DNA from: Mobula hypostoma | Lineage: Eukaryota | Length of the DNA stretch: 64,000 nucleotides | Assembly: GCF_963921235.1 (NCBI RefSeq) | Contig: NC_086097.1 | Location: forward strand, 106,456,001-106,520,000 | Reading direction: 5' to 3' | Notes under the pieces: model-generated | The model's input: the letters and a program-made list of their open reading frames with translations, nothing else | Databases searched by the model: none | What the model was told of the DNA's origin: nothing | Translations under genes and position numbers: made by a program | Shown here: positions 61,301 through 64,000 of the stretch, in pieces | How the letters are laid out: the number at the start of each line of letters is the position of its first letter | Numbering within the stretch: position 1 is the first letter of the stretch

Positions 61301-61902
61301 TTTGTGTTTTGCAGGAAAGGTTAGCGAATTATCTCAACGTCATGAGGACATGACTAAATTTGGTGGGGGGGGGGAAGAGTGTAACATGCTGTAAGATTTC
61401 ACTGATAATGTAATGGTTACTCTGTTGCAGCAATGTTTTGGTTATGACTAGAGATAACGGTGTCTGGAATGCTGTTGATGTTTCTTGTGAGCTGGAAGAG
61501 AGATTTTGCGGTCTTTTGCTGGGAAGAGATGAGGAGAGAAGACACGAATGGAGAGAGTTGGTCGACCGCTGGACGGGGTGGACTTGGAGCGAGAGTCTGA
61601 AGGGCAGCGACGATCGGAGGTCGATGGTGGACGATGGGTTTATCAGTGAGTTCCAACATTGCGCAACAGACTGTTTAATAAGATTGGGTTCTTTTTTCTT
61701 TTTTTCGTTTCTTTACTAACCATATAGTCAAAGTAAGAATTATAAAGTTTAATCGCATATTGTGTACTGTTTGTTATTTCGGGGTACTGATTTATAACAG
61801 GGACACATCGTGCAGCATCCACCCAAATGAGATTTCTTAAGTTTGGCCGGGCTGGGGGCTATCACCCCCTATATTAAGCTGCTAACCGAAACGAGAGTTA
61901 CA
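58311..61902 (+). mobile_element. Gypsy provirus, internally deleted (integrase only); LTRs 58311-59704 (interrupted) and 61380-61902
   Basis: TGTAAC...GTTACA LTRs; TSD AGTG (58307-58310, 61903-61906); tRNA-Pro-like PBS TGGGGGCT at 59709; integrase C..C, MDF, DHYTRYAQAFPT, HSDQ, YHPEGD.Q.ERFNRTL; G-run PPT before 61380. Confidence 0.93.
58569..59387 (+). mobile_element. Solo LTR (819 bp) nested in the 5' LTR
   Basis: TGTTACG...TGTGACA; TSD GCAG (58565-58568, 59388-59391); empty site visible in the 3' LTR near 61604; TATATAA near 58718 and AATAAA near 59326. Confidence 0.92.
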
Positions 61903-62149
61903 AGTGTAAGGTTGTTGCTGTGACACCACTCAACTAGCTGCTCTATCTCGCCCCTGTGTGCCTCCTCATCATCATCGAAAGTTCTGCCAACAATAGTTGT
62001 GTCAATAGCAAACTTATAGATGGTGCTTGTGCCATGCCTAGCCATACAGTGGTGGGTGTAGACAGCAGAGCAGTGCTCTAAGCACACATCCTTGATGTGC
62101 ACCAATGTTAATAGTCAGCGAAGTGGAATTGCTATGCTTGATCCACACA

Positions 62150-62857
62150 AACCATAGAAAAACTACAGCACAGAAACAGGCCTTTTGGCCCTTCTTGGCT
62201 GTGCCGAACCATTTTCTGCCTAGTCCCACTGACCTGCACACAGACCATATCCCTCCATACACCTCCCATCCATGCATCTGTCCAATTTATTCTTAAATGT
62301 TAAAAAAGAACCTGCATTTACCACCTCGTCTGGCAGCTCATTCCATACTCCCACCACTCTCTGTGAAGAAGCCCCCCCTAATGTTCCCTTTAAACTCACC
62401 CTTAACCCATGTCCTCTGGTTTTTTTCTCCCCTTGCCTCAGTGGAAAAAGCCTGCTTGCATTCACTCTATCTATACACATCATAATTTTATATACCTCTA
62501 TCAAATCTCCCCTCATTCTTCTACGCTCCAGGGAATAAAGTCCTAACCTATTCAACCTTTCTCTGTAACTGAGTTTCTCAAGTCCTGGCAACATCCTTGT
62601 AAACCTTCTCTGCACTCTTTCAACCTTATTTATATCCTTCCTGTAATTTGGTGACCAAAACTGAACACAATACTCCAGATTCAGCCTCACCAATGCCTTA
62701 TACAACCTCATCAAAATATTCCAACTCTTATACTCAGTACTTTGATTAATAAAGGCCAATGTACCAAAAGCTCTCTTTACAACCCTATCTACCTGCGACA
62801 CCACTTTTAGGAAATTTTGTATCTGTATTCCCAGATCCCTCTGTTCTACTGCACTCC
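62150..62857 (-). mobile_element. CR1 3' end
   Basis: ORF 62220-62882; sister of 27195-27928. Confidence 0.92.
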
Positions 62858-63304
62858 TGTGGTCTCCTGGTGAGGAAGTCAAGGGTTCGGTTGCAGAGGG
62901 AGGTATAGAGGCCCAGATTATGGAGCTTTTTGATTAGAACTGGGGGTATGATTATGTTGAACGCTACACAGCAGTCAATAAAAACTATTGTCCGGGGTGA
63001 GTGGAGAGCCAGTCAGACTGCATCCTCTGTAGACCCATTGTGGTGATAGACAAACTGCAGCGGGTCCAGATCCTTACATAAAAGTTGATTTTAGCCATGA
63101 CCAACCTCTGAAAGTTCTTCATCACAGTAGACATGAGTGCTGCTTCTCTTATTGACTATCATCCGATAGTCACTGAGGCAGCTTACCCTGTTCTTCTTGG
63201 GCACGAGTATGATTGTAACTCTGAACTAAATATGTCCTCAAACACTCCTGCCTGTTGGTTGGCTGGTTGGTTGTTCCAACATGAGGAGGGGCTGTACTGG
63301 ACCT

Positions 63305-64000
63305 GGTGTTTGGTAATGAGCCTGATCAGTTGACCGACAATTCAGTGGATGAACAGTTGGGGAGCAGTGATCACAACTCCTTAAGTTTTAAGGTAGTTAT
63401 TGATAAGGATAAGTATGGGCCTTGTGGGAGAGTATTAAATTGCAGCTGTGAAAATTATGAGAGCATGAGGCAGTAACTAGCAATTAGGAACAGCTGTTTT
63501 TGTGCAAGTCTACATCTGACTCACGGAGTATGCTTCAAGACCAACTGCACAGAGTACAGGACAGGTATGTGACAGTTAGAAAGGTCAAGGATGTCCTTGA
63601 ATGTCAAGAGAGGTGATCAATTCAGTCAAAAAGACAAAGGTTTAGTAGGAAGCTAGAATCATTGTCCTTGAGAATTATAAAGAAGCCGGAAAAGAATTCA
63701 AGAAAGGAATTAGGAAAGCCAGGATGGACTGTGAAAAGTCCTTGGTAAGTAGGATTAAAGAGAATTCCAGGACATTCTATACATACATCAAGAGCAAGTG
63801 GATAACTAGTGAGAGGGTAGCACCACTCAGGGATAAGGTGGGGGGGGGGGGGAGAAAACATTCTCTTGGATGAAGAGGATGTGAGTGAGGTCCATAATGA
63901 GTACTTTACATCAGTATTTACTAAGCAGAAGGAAGTGGAGGATAGGGAGATCCGTGTTGAGCATATTGATATGCTAGGGAATTTCAAAATGAAAAAGGAA
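63305..64000 (+). mobile_element. Degraded CR1 ORF2 (EN-RT linker)
   Basis: GGTAATGAGCCTGATCAG, AGTGATCACAACTCC, AGGATTAAAGAGAATTCC..GACATTCTAT similar to 11850-12560. Confidence 0.8.

Larger units (their letters stand above)
58110..63300 (-). mobile_element. Old Rex1-type LINE fragmented by Gypsy and CR1 insertions (pieces about 58110-58310, 61903-62145, 62858-63300)
   Basis: IYKFAIDTTIVG...EQLVEWC.SNNL; GATGTTGAGTG|TAAGGTTGTTGC rejoins across the provirus (compare 1867-1890). Confidence 0.7.

Overview
Eukaryotic, repeat-dense vertebrate DNA. HE1/V-SINE-like, CR1, Rex1, RTE and Penelope content points to a cartilaginous fish (inference). The window is almost entirely intronic to a minus-strand Friend-of-GATA gene (ZFPM2 best match, ZFPM1 not excluded). 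Only one 122-bp coding exon is visible (46726-46847), and it is absent from the ORF track. The long ORFs are transposon-derived: CR1, Rex1/Babar, a full-length RTE with TSD, Penelope (RT + GIY-YIG, with minimal hammerhead ribozymes), two Gypsy proviruses, an LTR remnant, two solo LTRs, Tc1 MITEs and a Tigger/pogo element. I see no clearly new protein-coding system. Best leads: (1) two sense-strand hammerhead motifs bracketing the exon, one opposed by an antisense Penelope copy; (2) two dense WGATAR clusters in unique intronic DNA of a GATA cofactor gene; (3) two CR1 copies sharing the same nonsense codon; (4) a 5'-inverted CR1 in a multi-layer nest; (5) two Rex1 derivatives with the same 5' boundary; (6) a Gypsy remnant with a 7-bp 5' LTR and an array of splice donors. 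Family names come from recalled motifs, not database searches. Boundaries of degraded elements are approximate.
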